From: Chrysomallon squamiferum
Lineage: Eukaryota; Animalia; Mollusca
DNA: 64,000 nucleotides
Assembly: GCA_012295275.1 (NCBI GenBank)
Contig: CM022673.1
Span: forward strand, 17,794,001-17,858,000
Reading direction: 5' to 3'
Part shown: piece by piece, positions 42,443-56,870 of the stretch
Layout of the letters: each line of letters opens with the position of its first letter
How positions within the stretch are numbered: position 1 is the stretch's first letter
Notes under the pieces: generated by a model
The model's database searches: none
What the model was told of the DNA's origin: nothing
What the model saw: the letters and a program-made list of their open reading frames with translations, nothing else
Made by a program: the position numbers and the translations under genes

Positions 42443-45400
42443 TGACAGACTCTAAGTTAATTGTGGCATTACAAATATACAGTGTGTAATGGATGAATCA
42501 GGCTGAACTGTGTTACACTATTAATATGCTGTGTACAACAATTTCTGACAGTTGTAAAGAAAAATGATTCCAGTGTAGTGCATTGTGAAATAAGTGTCAC
42601 TGTTTTGTATAAAATTAGATCTCTGGTATTTATTTTACCAAATCCCTCAAAGTATAATTATTGTAATATAAAAAAAAAAAAAAAAAAATTTAAGTAAACA
42701 AATATACTACTACTACTACTACTAATAATAATACCAAATCCTTATACACTTTGATTTTAAAATAATCTTTTACCATAAACTGAAGATAATTACTTATGAC
42801 AATGTATTCAGATGTTAATAGATGTATGTTAATGTTTTTAATCTCTTTGAAATTTATCCTGGTATCAGGTAGCTATTGTAGTAGTACTCTGTGTTTCATT
42901 CTGTATGAAGTATAATATATATTATGTTTATGTATTTGTAACAGAGATGTATCACAGAGTATTTTCACCATGATCATCAAGTGTGAAATTAAAATATATT
43001 AACTATATAACATAGTCTGAATATTTTTACTGGAGGTCACAGGTACATTACCAATGATATGTTTAATCAGGCGACAACGTGAAATGAAATGTGACTGTAA
43101 TATACTGTCTACACATATTTTACAGAGAGAGGGGGATACGATGAATTATAATGACGGAAGTCTGCAAAGCAACCTCTGTACAAATATGGAACTCTGAAGA
43201 TTGCAAAGCCACAAGCTGGTTTCTAGGAAACCAAATCCATAAAATTAAACTGGAATATAATTAGATGCATTACAAGCTTAACAGAATTTGAGTTTTTTTT
43301 TTTTTTTTTTTGCCTTTATTATTTTATGAATCCTTAACATTACATTCTGTTTTCCAGCAGAATCTAGAATATCCATCTTTTTATCTTTTAGTGTTGTGTT
43401 CCATTCTGCTTCATTCGTCCACTCCTCCATTCTTCCTTCCATCACCTATTCATTCATGTATTCACTCAATTACTTTCATTTATCCATCAAAATGAAACCA
43501 ATTCAGAATTCTTCACCTGCTTACACCTTTTCAACTAATTAACTCAGATATACCTGTATTTGCCACCTGACTTTCTAAACAAAGAGATCAAACATGATGA
43601 AAGATGAGACCAAAGCTTTTCATTCTCGTTAACAAACATTGGCAATCCATCAACAAGAACCAGTTTAATGCAAATCAAAAATAATAATTTCCAGTTAATT
43701 AAAAAAAATATTAGTTTTTACTGTATTAAATAAGCAAGATGTATTTTTACAGAATGATATATGTCATTATATGTCTAAGTATTTTTAGAATTTTCACTTA
43801 ATTTGTTTATGAAAAATTTACTTTTGTTTGTTTATTTAATATTATTATTATTTTTTATTTTTTTTTTATCAATTACATTATAACTATGAACATAAAGGGC
43901 TTTAAAACATTTAAAAACATAAAAATAATTTTAAAACAAGAAGAAATAAACATGACTTTTTTTATCTGTGAAGCAGTTCTGAATGAAAACAAATTTTAAC
44001 ACTACTTTCATACAGACAGACAGACAGACAACACAGAAAACCAAAACAAAGCAGAACTGAAAATAATAAAAAATAAATAAATAAAGCTATAATATGCAGA
44101 GTGCAGTGATGCAGTTGGCTGATTGGCTTATCTACAATCCAGACACCTGGCTGTTACCTCAGAATACCTGATAGTTGTGTCTATATTGTAAACATGACAG
44201 TTGTCTGTATTGTAAATCTGACAGTTGTGTCTGTATTATAAACAAAATTAATACAAAATTCCCCACTAGTAACAGTTTAAAAAAAAAAGGAATATAAACA
44301 AATAAATAAATAAAAACATTTTTAAAGAACAGAAAAAAAAGAAGAAGAAAATAGAAAGAGGTTACGAGATAAATGTTTTCTCTTTTAAATTAATTTAATT
44401 TCTTGTCTTTTTAAATTTAATGTTACTGCCACAAATGTTAACATCTAACTGGTTAATTTCAGCTCTGAAAAGGTATGAATAAATTTCTTATTTATTTATT
44501 TTGATTTATATTTACATTTAGGGTATAATTAATATAAATTTATTACACTTTCATTTTTTATTTATTTTTTCATTTATTTATTTATTTATTACATCTGACA
44601 GAAAGAAAGTAAAACTAATTAATGTTTAAAACAATTAATTTTATCACAAATTGATATGTTTAAAATAAAATTTATGTATTTGAGTTCAGATTAATCAAGT
44701 ACAAATGAATAAAATATATACATAGTCAAGTAAATAAATAAATAAATAAATATGTAATAGTAGCAGTAATAAATAAATAAATCAATAAAGATATAAATAA
44801 ATAATATAATATAAATAAAAATATACAGGTAATTACAACTAAAAAAAAAAAATGAAATTAAAAAACAGAACAATTGTTATGGGGCATATTGCTATTACAT
44901 TGCCAACGTACACCACAGCACATACTGCACACTATTAAAAAAAGCTCTGTGACAACAGAAACACTAAACAACTCACCTCCAAGGCCGTCTATCCCATGAT
45001 CCTCCCCTCCGAGATGCTGTTTGCTGGCACCACTCAGCTGTACTGATGACAAAACAGGGCAGATAATTATATAACTATCAAAACAAACAAAACTGGCAGT
45101 GCATTTTGCAAAGCAAATAAAAATACAAAACTAAAGAAAAAAAAAAAAAAAAATTTACTAATAATAAAGTCTATTGTGAACTATAGTGAAAATAAAATTT
45201 CAAAAATTAAAATTAAAATATGAAAATTAATATATTCATTTGTACTACTAACATAATGCGGTTTAAAATTTAATGTTAATAAATCATAAAATGTATATAA
45301 TTATTTCACCTGTTTGTATAAAATATTATTACATTATATGCTTTAAAAGCTATAACATCTATCAATAAGGTAATATCTCAGGTGGTAAAACTGCCTGTAG

Positions 45401-45716
45401 CTTATTTTATATCAATATATATATATTTAATATATATAGAAAACATAATAAAATAAAATAATCCATGTAAATATAAACATTGGTAGAAATCACACTGTAA
45501 CAAATTGATTTTTTTTTTGGCTTATTAGTTTTGCTGTTTTTTTTTTTTTTTTTTCTTTTTTTTTTAATAATGGAGAAAAACAGAAAAGATATATGAACTT
45601 CTTATTGAAACTGTATTCATAAAATAAAGACTTTCCAATATTACTTTTAAATAGGTTTAATCTTATTATGACTGTTCCAGGCCAGTTCAAAACCACTGTT
45701 TTTTACAATTACACAG

Positions 45717-45800
45717 TAGCTCAGTAGATAGAGGTCTTGTATGAAGTGACCTGGATTCACAGGATTAATCCTTTGAGCTACTCATGTTTCATTCAACAAT
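45717..45800 (+). mobile_element. Degenerate tRNA-derived SINE head
   Basis: A-box-like TAGCTCAGTAG (45717-45727) and decayed B-box AGGATTAATCC (45761-45771) at tRNA-like spacing. Confidence 0.4.
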
Positions 45801-46827
45801 ATTATCAACTATATATATATATATATGTAGCTGTTCTTAAAACTACTTTACTTGTGTAATATTAACAATTTTGATGTAATAATAGAAGAAGAAAAAAGTC
45901 TGAATGAACATGCAATCCAAAACAATGTTAATTAGAATATCCAATTATGTAATTCAGGTATCATTGATTAAGTCATGTTAATGAATTATTAATTGTATTA
46001 GCAATGAAAAACATTCAAAAAACAACTCAAAAACAACAAAAACAATCACAGCTTTTAAATGCATTATTTCAAAAACTGAAATGTATTTATAAACAAGATT
46101 AATTTTGATTTTTAATCCTAGATCTTCTTGTCATATGCCTCCTGTTTCAGAGGTGTAGATGAAAGGTTTCTTTCTGCTTTTTATCATTATACAAGAAAAT
46201 AATAACTTAAAAATGATTTGAAGCCTACATATATACATACATGTGTGTGTATGGAATATAATACATGTGATATAAATGGCTCTGACTAATTACTAATTAT
46301 TGTAAGTTTTATCAACTAGGCAGCCATTAATGAATTTATTATTAATTCTTCCTTGCTAATTACATGACATTTTGAGAAAATAAACAGATCATAGTTAAAG
46401 TAAAAACTAGATTTTAATTGTTACGTTTTATCATTTCATGTACTAAGAATAATTTCCTGGCAAGAAATTCATTCAATAGATTCTGGGACATTTCTCAAGT
46501 CTGGTAACACTGCAATTCATAAAAGACCAGTCAGTGTAAAATTTTCCAGTTTTTATGTATATCAGAACATCAATTTTTTTTTTTTTTTTTTTTTAAATCA
46601 TTTGATTGACAGTTATAATTATTTTCAAGTCAGTTTTTATCTGTTTTTTATATTTTGTTGTTGTTTTTTTTTTTTTTTTTTTCAATATGAAATTAATAAC
46701 ATTTTTTTTTTTTTTAAACATTTTTATTTTATGATGATGAACAGTTATTTGAATTTAATTATTTTTGGAAATTTATTAGTATGAAAAATGTCATGCAATG
46801 CATGCAAATGATAAAGAAATGATATGG

Positions 46828-46858
<31 letters not shown>

Positions 46859-48254
46859 AAGCAATACCAAATTTATAAAAACACACCTGCTTGTAAATAT
46901 ATTTATTTATATACTGGGCTCATATATCATGGCTGAAAGGTTTGTAACAATTGTTCTTTGAAGAAAAAAAAAGGGTTTAATTGAAAATATACTGTTTTCG
47001 TTTTGTTAATAAGATAAAAAATTTTAAAAAATTAATTAATCTAAATTAAAACATAACTTAATATATATTTCAGAAATATATTTTAATCAATAAAGAATTG
47101 GAAAAATCAAAACAAAGAACAAATAAAAAGGCAAACAAGAAATGAAAATAATAATAAATAAACAAACAAAATGGACAAAGAATGAATAAACGAAATAAAT
47201 AAATAATAAAAGACTAAATTTTTATACATGGCTATATATTCTAAAATTCTTTCTTTCAACTCTTTAAATTTTTTCACTTAATCTTCTGTTTATAAAATTA
47301 AAAATAAAATTCTTGGGACAGTCTCAAAAAGAAATTTTAATCTGAGTACAAAATTACATAAATATTTTCAAAATATCTCACTATGCAATTAGTATACCCC
47401 AGCACATGAGCATATAGACTTAATTCACAGGATGTAATATGAAGGTTAAGTAACAGGATGAATACAAATTCCTGTGCTAGCAAAAAAAAATAAAAAATTG
47501 TTAGTAAAACTCAGTGCAAAATGAAGGAAGGAAGGATGAAGTAAATGAAGAATTAAATTAATCAAGGCTGTCATGCATGAATTAAATTAATTTAGTAATA
47601 TTTAATTTTTAAACAGATTATTTATTTTTTATTTTTTTTAATGAAAAAATATGAAGATTTTTGTTGGGGTTCTTAAGAATGCTTTTGTTTAGATTTTTAC
47701 AGCAAAAATAAAAATGTTTTTTCTTTTTAATTTAATTTTCAAAATTTAAATCCAAAGGAATTGTTAATAATGAACCATATGAGTGAAGAGTATACCTGTG
47801 AATTATGTTAATAACATTAAGGCAGCCTAGATTAATTACAATGATGGCATACAATTAAATCCCATGCTAGGATTATTATTATTATTATAAATATTTTAAA
47901 TAAATGCAGATAAACAAGTGGCATAAATGTTTATAAAATATATTTGTAAACCTGTAAAGCAAATCATGCAGATTGTAACTCTTGTTAGTAAGACTTACCT
48001 GTACAAAACATTATACATACAATTAAAGTTATTGTTCTAATTATTTAACATAAAACTGTCACCTAAATATAAAAACTTTAAAAATTAACACAACACTTAC
48101 ATATCAAGAATCTTTTGAACTATACATTCTATCAAGAATATTTAATTACATTTTAAAAAAAAGTTTAAGAAAGATAAATGAATACCTTGTTTTCATTACA
48201 AATTTTATTTGTTTTCAGTATTAATTGTTTTTTTTTTTACATTCTTTTTTATTT

Positions 48255-48295
<41 letters not shown>

Positions 48296-51200
48296 TTGTA
48301 AAGTAAATAAATGTTTTAAAATTTAAAGAAAAACAATGACAAAACTTAATTTTAGATTCTAATTTTTAAATTTATTATTACAAACAAAAATAAATTACAT
48401 TGTAATTACAAAAATACCACATCACAATTTTATGACAAGTTTGGCACTTTATAAATATTATTATTGTATAGTAATTAATGTTTTATCTATTTTATTAAAC
48501 AACAATATCGAAACATTAACACCTATTGGCATGGAAAATAACTGTTGCCTGGCAGTAAGACAAATAATTTAATTTTTTTTGTATTAATCATGATGTTACA
48601 AATGTTATTGTTGCTGGGTTTTTTTTATCAACATTATCATAATTAAAGTTTTTAGTTTTATTATTATTATTATTCTTGCTGTTGTTAGTACTGTGATATT
48701 ATGTTGTTGTTATGATTATTATTACTCACAATTTGTTGTTGTTGTTGTTATTGTTATTATGATCATTATCTTAAATTATTATTCATGTTAACAATATCCT
48801 TCCAAAACCCCAATTTAATGTTATTTATAAAAATTATCTCAAATATGCATAGAAAAGTATTGAAAATGTTATGAAAGCAATGTTAAGAAGGGGTGGGGTG
48901 GAGATAGCTGAACAGACCCGTGCACTAAGTACCTGATGCCAACATTGAATGTCAACAAGGTCGAAGGTCACTGTGAAATAAACTGAAAATGAAAGAAACC
49001 AATTACTATTTGTGCAACACAGAAACAGAGAGTAATTTACAGAGCATAAAGCTGTTTGTTTTATACAGTATTAATTACTGGTAACTTCATCATCATCATC
49101 ATTAATTATTTATATATTTACCATTATAATCATCAGCATTATCATCATCTATTATTATTATTATGATTATTATTATTTTCATTATCATTATGCTATTACT
49201 ATTATCATTATGATCAATCATCATCATTATAACTTGTTATCATCATTATTACTGTCATTATGTTATTATTATCATCATCACTATTAATAATATTGTTACT
49301 GTTGCTGTTATTAGTTACTGTTATTATTATATTAATGACAGATGAAAGTTTGTACTCAAATTCTCAAGAGCAATGGAAAATCTGAACACAAAGCAATGTC
49401 AATTTGCAGACCAACTAGAATATAATTATAGCTTTAGGCCTTCATTAATATTATTACTATTACTATTCTTTTTTAACTGGCATTTATGTACTTGGGTCTG
49501 AATTTCATACAACAGCTGAATGTATGCATGTTTTGGAAGATTGTTTCTCCCATTCTAACCTACATTAGTAGTTTCGATTAATGTTTACAATAATATACAT
49601 GGTTAAAAACAACACATTGTTAAATATTATTCAATGGGAAAATGTTAATGAAGACTTAAAATGTTATTATCATCATCATCATCATCATTATTGTTATTGG
49701 TATTTCTGGTTTCTTTATATTTGTGTTTCTCTTTCTGTCTCATATTTCACCTGGCTTATTTTTATTTCATTTTATTTTTTCACTTTTCAAAGAAAAGATC
49801 AAAGAAATAATTTATTATTAATGTCTAACCTGAGTAGTCACTGAATTCATGCACCAGTAATTAGTCTGAATTTTTTAATTTTAATTTTTTATTATTATTA
49901 TTAAAGATTAACGTTATGCATTGCTAAAACATTGTTAAATTATTCCCGTATTTTAATAGCTCTTAAATTCAGAATAGATACACTACTAAGTAATAATTTC
50001 AATGAAGTACAATATTGTTAATTCAACTAATACTAAGTAATAATTTCAACAAAGTACAACACTGTGTGACTATTTCTAACTTTTGTATAAGTTTTAACAA
50101 CCCTGAGTTTTATTTACACTAAAATTTAAATTAATATAATTTTTTTTTTTAAAGAAATAGATACATAAACAAGTAATACCAAGAAATACTTTTATAAAGT
50201 TTTACATTATGAATTAATTTATAAAATTTTATATGAACACATAAATTGTTTTTATTTATTTTTTCACTGTTATTATTATATCTTTTTTTTTAGCTTTATG
50301 CATCTGCAAGTTAAACTAAAAGCATAAAAAGTAAACAAACAAAAAATAAAGAGAAGATGAAAAATAAAACAAAAAAAGCAAAGATGTAGACATAAAAAAA
50401 CTAAACACTGAAGCTTAAAGATTTTCATCTTAAAAAGTAATGAAAACTACATTATATGTAATTACTGTACAATACATTATATAACATAAATAAATAAATA
50501 AACAATATTAGGGTAACTAGCTGGAAAAATAATGATTATATTGTGTATGACATTAAAACAAAATGTCAAAGAATACATATTACATAATATTTTACACAAA
50601 ATTGTTATCTTTTCACATATGTAAGTCTGCCTATAAATAAATTTTAAAAAGATACAGGCCATCATATTACTGAAATAAAATATGTATCTATATATACTAA
50701 AGAATTACAGCCTTCCAGCCTAAAAAGTGGGTTTCTAAAATTCTAATACTCATGCTAATATATGCATGTGTTCTCACCCCCCCCACACACACACACATGG
50801 ATGACTGTAATCAGTGATATTCACAGGCACAAAATAAAAGCCACACACTCGTCTATGAAGAGATAATAAAAAGCCTTGTTTCCAGGCTAATGTATTCCAC
50901 AATGACTGATACTACAAATGACATATTGATAAATTTAAACACAACTGACTCTCTCCAGCCTTTTTCTTTATTGATGATCAACAATGGAAAACCCCTTTGT
51001 TAAATATAGTAACACCAATCAATGATCTGCATGTCACACGATTTGGCCACAGAGACTCAGAAGATTTTTATCAGAAAATTATCACATGCCTGCTATATAT
51101 CTCATTTATGACATTGATTGATGTGATATATTTAGTAAATGTTTATGGCTGTGGTCTCAAAAGAAATTAAGCTTTGATTTATTCCTTTAAATTGTCCCTG

Positions 51201-51404
51201 GATAATCATACCTTTGATGCTGATCTGACTTTGAAATAAACTTAATATAAAAATTCAAATCAGAAAAATAAAGATGAAACAAAATAAGTGTAATATGTAT
51301 GATCTGCATGATCAAGAATAAATGAAATATTTGTGAAGTTATAACTGGCTTGAAATTAAATCTGTTTTCATGAATAATAGTAATTTTTGAAAAATAACAC
51401 GAAG

Positions 51405-51885
51405 AGAAATCACCATTTCTCTGGACAAATGAAATTATGATATGCAAAAACTGATGAAATCACCAATGTTAGGAATGGAAATCATTATTAAGTAACCATT
51501 ATTATTAACTGAAATCACCACTGTTGTGAAATGAAATCACTATTAAGAACTGAAACCACCAATATCATGAATTGAAAACCCATTAATAAGAACTGAAATC
51601 ACCATGATTGTGAACTGAAATGACTATTATGAATAACTGAAACGACTATTATGAATAACTGAAATTATCATAATTATCATCTGAAATCACCATTATCTCA
51701 AACAACTGAAATGACTATCAACACAAGCAACTGAAATGACTATCAACACAAACAACTCAAATGACTATTAACATAAACAACTCAAATGACTATTAACATA
51801 AACAATTGAAATGACTAATATCACAGGTGAAATCGTCATTATCATAAAAGCACCATAATGAACAATGATGAACTGAAATTGTCAT
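51405..51885 (+). repeat. Degenerate minisatellite with AACTGAAAT(CACC/GACT) core, ~20-25 bp units
   Basis: Repeated aactgaaatcacc and aactgaaatgactat motifs, with near-exact 25-bp copies at about 51704-51810. Confidence 0.8.
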
Positions 51886-53324
51886 TAAAAGGTAACAGTC
51901 TACAAGAGATGGTGTACATGTGTAATTAGCAATGTATGAATTAAAACAGGTAACAAAGATAGATTCGTAACAGAGATGTCAACAAGTTTGTTAGTCTCAG
52001 GTAAATCTGAGTATCATTTACACTAAAAAAAAAATTTGTTTAATTATTTCAAGGTAAGTTAATAATGTACCTTTGTTTCTAACCACTATTAACATGCAGT
52101 ACTTTACACACAAAAAGTATAACAGACATTAATGCAAGTACAAAGAAAATATTTATATGTATATAAATATATAGACACACATATAATACATAAATAATCA
52201 CAATCACACTCACACATAAACATACACATATGTATACAGATACACAAACATACACATATACATATATAGATACACAGACATACACACACATAAAAATTAT
52301 TTGCCCAATACATCCACTCATACTGAAATGATTTCATTCTGTATTCATTCAGTTTTTGTTCGAACATACAGAACTTGATAAATAATTTAACTTGAGTAAT
52401 GTTTAAAGTTAATGTTTTACAACTACAGTTACAAGCTTTTTAAAAAAAAAAAATGCTCTGCTTCGTAATTAGGCTATGTAATTACATAACAAGTTAATTA
52501 CATATATAACACTTCATGGATTTTTAAGTTTTACAAGCTTAAAATGGATAAAGTTCATAGATAAATCTAAGTTTCAGCACACTGTAATCATGTTTTTACT
52601 TAAAGCAGAAAAATGTTTTCTTTCCTTTCATTCATTTTTTTTTTTTTTTAATTTTTATTTCTTTTTTTTTGTTCTAAATAACCATACAGTAATAAATAGG
52701 CCAACAAGAAGACATGTGAATGACAAAGCACCCTGTTTAGCACACACCCCCATCTCGCCATCCAGCTTAATTAGGTCCTCTCCTTTGTACGAAGAACAAA
52801 GAACCACCACTAGGTGTCCTCGCAGTGTAATAAAACGGGCGCGTGCTGCCTGCAAACTCTGAACAGATCTGATGGATCATCCCCCAATCCCCACCAAAAA
52901 AAAAAAAAAAAAAAAAATGAATGTCATCACAGTTGAGTGAACACAGATGCACAAGCGACAGCTGGCAGGCCAGTCCCTGCTTCCATGACTAGTACAATTT
53001 TAATACCAACAAGATGGTCCAATTTATCTCCATTGTTATCAACATAGCTGCTAATTAACAAGTTGGCTTCTATTTTGCTGCAGCGGTTTACTTCTGTGTG
53101 TAACAGTTTGGTTAGGTCCAACACACATACATGCTCTGAGCCATTCTGTTATCTTCATTAGAGCTGGTTTCATTACCACAGTCTGTGTGCAGGCTACTTG
53201 TGTGCTTTTCTTTTGGAGCACAGTATGAACTGATAACAAAACATTTGTTTGTCTGCAGTTATGTATTTGCTCTTTTGCCCCCACCCCTGCAATTAACACA
53301 GAAATATTCAGCTGTGTTTACTGT

Positions 53325-53410
53325 ATTTTATTTTATTTTATTTTATTTTATTTTATTTTATTTTATTTTATTTTATTTTATTTTATTTTATTTTATTTAT
53401 TTATTTATTT
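53325..53410. repeat. (ATTTT)n pentanucleotide repeat
   Basis: Direct observation. Confidence 0.96.
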
Positions 53411-56400
53411 AATTTTTTTTTTTTTTCTTAACCTGTTTTATCTCGATTTTTTTTATTTTTTATTGTGTCCTGTTGTTTGTTGAAGATTAAAAAAAAAAAA
53501 AAATTATGATTTCAAGTTTCAGCTTTCTGGATTTAATTAAGACTTATTTATTTTAAATTTATTATTAATTGTACTTCTTTATATTAAACAGTTATATAAA
53601 TAATTATTTGTGTAGAGTTTGCTTACATTTATTATTATTTTTATTTAAATTTTAAATATTTTCCATTAACATTTATCAACTTAATAGCCAGCCAGGTATC
53701 ATTAAATAAAAATTAGCTATTATTCATTTCATGCGCTGAATAAAATAAAAATAAATTTTAAAAGACTGAGAGATGTGTTTTAACTGTGGCATAAACAAAA
53801 TAACATGTGTTGAAAACAATATTACCTTACCAACTGAAAATTATTAAATATTAATTATATTTTTACTTAAACTTTTTATCTTGTTTCAATGTAATATTTA
53901 ACAGAAAGAATTTTAGCAAAATCTTTAATAAAATTGACATTTAAATATAATTAATATATTTCTCATAATATATATTAAATGTCTTTATCTGTAGATACCA
54001 CTGAAAAAAAAAAAAAAAAAACCATTCATTTTTAAATAGGTCATTATGACAACTGTCTGAAATTAAGGATGTTATATACAAAGTGTATTATCCTGAGAGA
54101 CCTAAATTAATGATGATAATTTTCCCTCACAAATACACACCTGTTGTAATTACTCAACTGTCTCACAGAACTCTCGTTAATTCACCTGAATAAATTATTT
54201 CTCATTGACCACCATTATCTTTTAATGATCAGTTTATTAATTTGAAAATGATAATTATTTAATTCAAATTATCAAGTGACTACTAAATGTGAAGGAAGAG
54301 AGTTAAAAAAAGAAAATATGTTTCTAAATTTTATAATTTTGTTAATAGTCATAAAATAGGTATTTATTATCAGTCTTATTGTATATGGCAGTCATTGTAG
54401 TAGTAGCAGTAATAGTGGAAGTGGAAGTAATTACAATAGCTTTAATAATAGTAGTTACAGATGTAATGGAAATAGCACTAGTAGTATTAGCAGTAGTGTA
54501 AGCAGCAGAAGTAGTTGAAGCAGCATTAGTAGTAGTCATAGCAGTAGTAATAGGTGTTATTTTATCTTTCTTCATTACTGTTGTACAATTTAATGCAGTG
54601 CCCACAATGGCTACATCTACAGAACAATGTGAAAAATTATCCTCACTTAAAAGCTGTACTTGAGAAAACTCTACCAGTCTATCATCAAATCAGAATTTTG
54701 TGACCATGACTGGCATACATGAACATTTTCTCTGGCAGAAGATAATGGCTGAAATTACCAACAGCCACTTATACTTCATGTTTTCTTATTTCCACCTGCT
54801 AACAGAAATCTGAATCATACACTGAAAATAAGACTAAGCAATTATTTGTCAAGCTTTTAACTGTAATTGTTTTTATTATTTTCGTCATTATAATTATTAT
54901 ATTACAACTGGGCTGAGTCTTGCAGACATGAACACAATTTCCTGACCAAACCCGCCAACTATTCATGCAAGCATTTTAGCAGTGAACAGACAGCCAACGG
55001 AGTCTGTTTTAATTACCTCATCCACTGTCAGAGTTTGAAATGATCAGAGTCTGGTTGGTAACACAAGTATCTCACAGTGTGCACAAAGAACTCGTATTTC
55101 GCAGACGTTGAATAAAGTCCAGTCATTTTAATTATACATGAATAATCATTATGTGAACACAGAATTTGAGTTGTGGGTGTCAGCACGTGTGTATATATGT
55201 GTGTGTGTCTATGTCAGTTTCTTTACATGTTTCTACAACAGTTCCTAAAACAAACGAAAACTTTTACTAAATTCCTTTCTTTTACATTAATAATAACTTC
55301 AAAAACAAACACTGGGGAAACAGCATAATTTAAGTATGTACAAAATATTTACAGATCCCAATAACATAATTTTGGGTGCCCCTATTCTTTATTAATATAT
55401 ATTATTTTTCTTTATAATTTTTATTTTATTTTATTTTTTTCCTGTGTGAAAATCAATTATGTAAAGGTAACACTTTATATAGATATTTTAAAATAGATAT
55501 ATGAAATGAGCTTGGATTGTAAATTATTATTATCAGTTATATACTGTATCTTACATCATGTCATCCTTTACTTATATCACATATACATGAATTAAAATAA
55601 CTATACATCGTATTAATAAAATAAAATAAAAAATAACAAAATAAAATATTATATAAAATAGAAACTTAGGTCATTAAAAATAGAAATAGAAATTAATCGT
55701 AATATCATTTTAATACAAATGAATCTTCTCTGTTTATATTTGCATTTTACTAATTGAATTATTATGACTGTTGTTGTTGGTTGCTGTAGTAACTGTTTAG
55801 CATAGTAGTTGTAACACTAGAAGCAGCAGTAACAGTACTAAGCACAACTCTGGTGGATGCAGCTCAGGACTGCAAACTATGACACCAGTACTTCCTCATG
55901 ATAAACACAGTTTTTGTTTTCATTAGTCCATAATCAGTACTATTCTACTCTATTATTTTTAATATTTAATTATTTATTTGTTATTTTTGTTTTTTTTAGA
56001 AATAAAGCTAGAAATATGTTAAAGATAATTATTATAATTTTCATTATTTTTTTTTTTTTAATGTATTTATAAAACTGTCAGTTTTACACTATTGATGAGA
56101 CAGGGCTGAGACAGAAGGTGTGAAAAATCTGTTATCTTTATCAAGACTGGGATCTGTTTTAATTTCAATTAAAAATTCTCCACATGTTTTTAAAAAGGCT
56201 AAATATAGATATTAATATTTCGATGGGAAAGGGCAGAAAGAAATACTGAATAAATATACAACTTTAAAATATATATGTTAGCCTGGTTGATATCATTCTA
56301 TAAACAATACACTTTCAAATACAAATGCAACAGACTGTCAAATTATGTTATTTTGTTCTTCTCCAACCATTGAAATTATGTGCCAGTATCAAATTTAATT

Positions 56401-56648
56401 TACTTACTTTTTAAAAATTTGCTCATAAATAACTGTAACTGTCTGATTTTGTATTCCAAACACGTTTTTCTCCCAGTTGTAACAGTTTTAAAATAAACAA
56501 TTCACTGAATTTCAGTTCTCAGAGGTTTGTTACAGAATAGATAACTGTACTGTATTGTATGGGATGAATACATTATTTATTATATTCTGCTTCTTCTTCT
56601 TCTTATATATTCTCCTATAAGAATAAGATGAATCTAAGCAGCTATGTT

Positions 56649-56870
56649 ATGAAGGGTGTATTATTAATGGTGTATTAACAAGGGTGTATTACAAAGAGTG
56701 TATTAACAAGGGTGTATTATCAGAGGTACATTATCAAAGATATATTATGAAGAGCATATTATCAAGGGTGTATTACAAAGGCTGTATTATAAGAGGTATA
56801 TTATCAAGAATACATGATCACGGTCTATTATTAAAAGTATATTATCAAGGGTGTATTACCAAAGGGGATG
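56649..56870 (+). repeat. Degenerate ~15-bp tandem repeat (AAGGGTGTATTATC-like)
   Basis: Recurring agggtgtatta and gtatattatcaa units. Confidence 0.8.

Noticed and set aside
54342-54605. Thr/Ala-rich mucin-like ORF
   Set aside because: Translation of a degenerate (AGT/AGC/AAT)n trinucleotide repeat, with no splice context evident.
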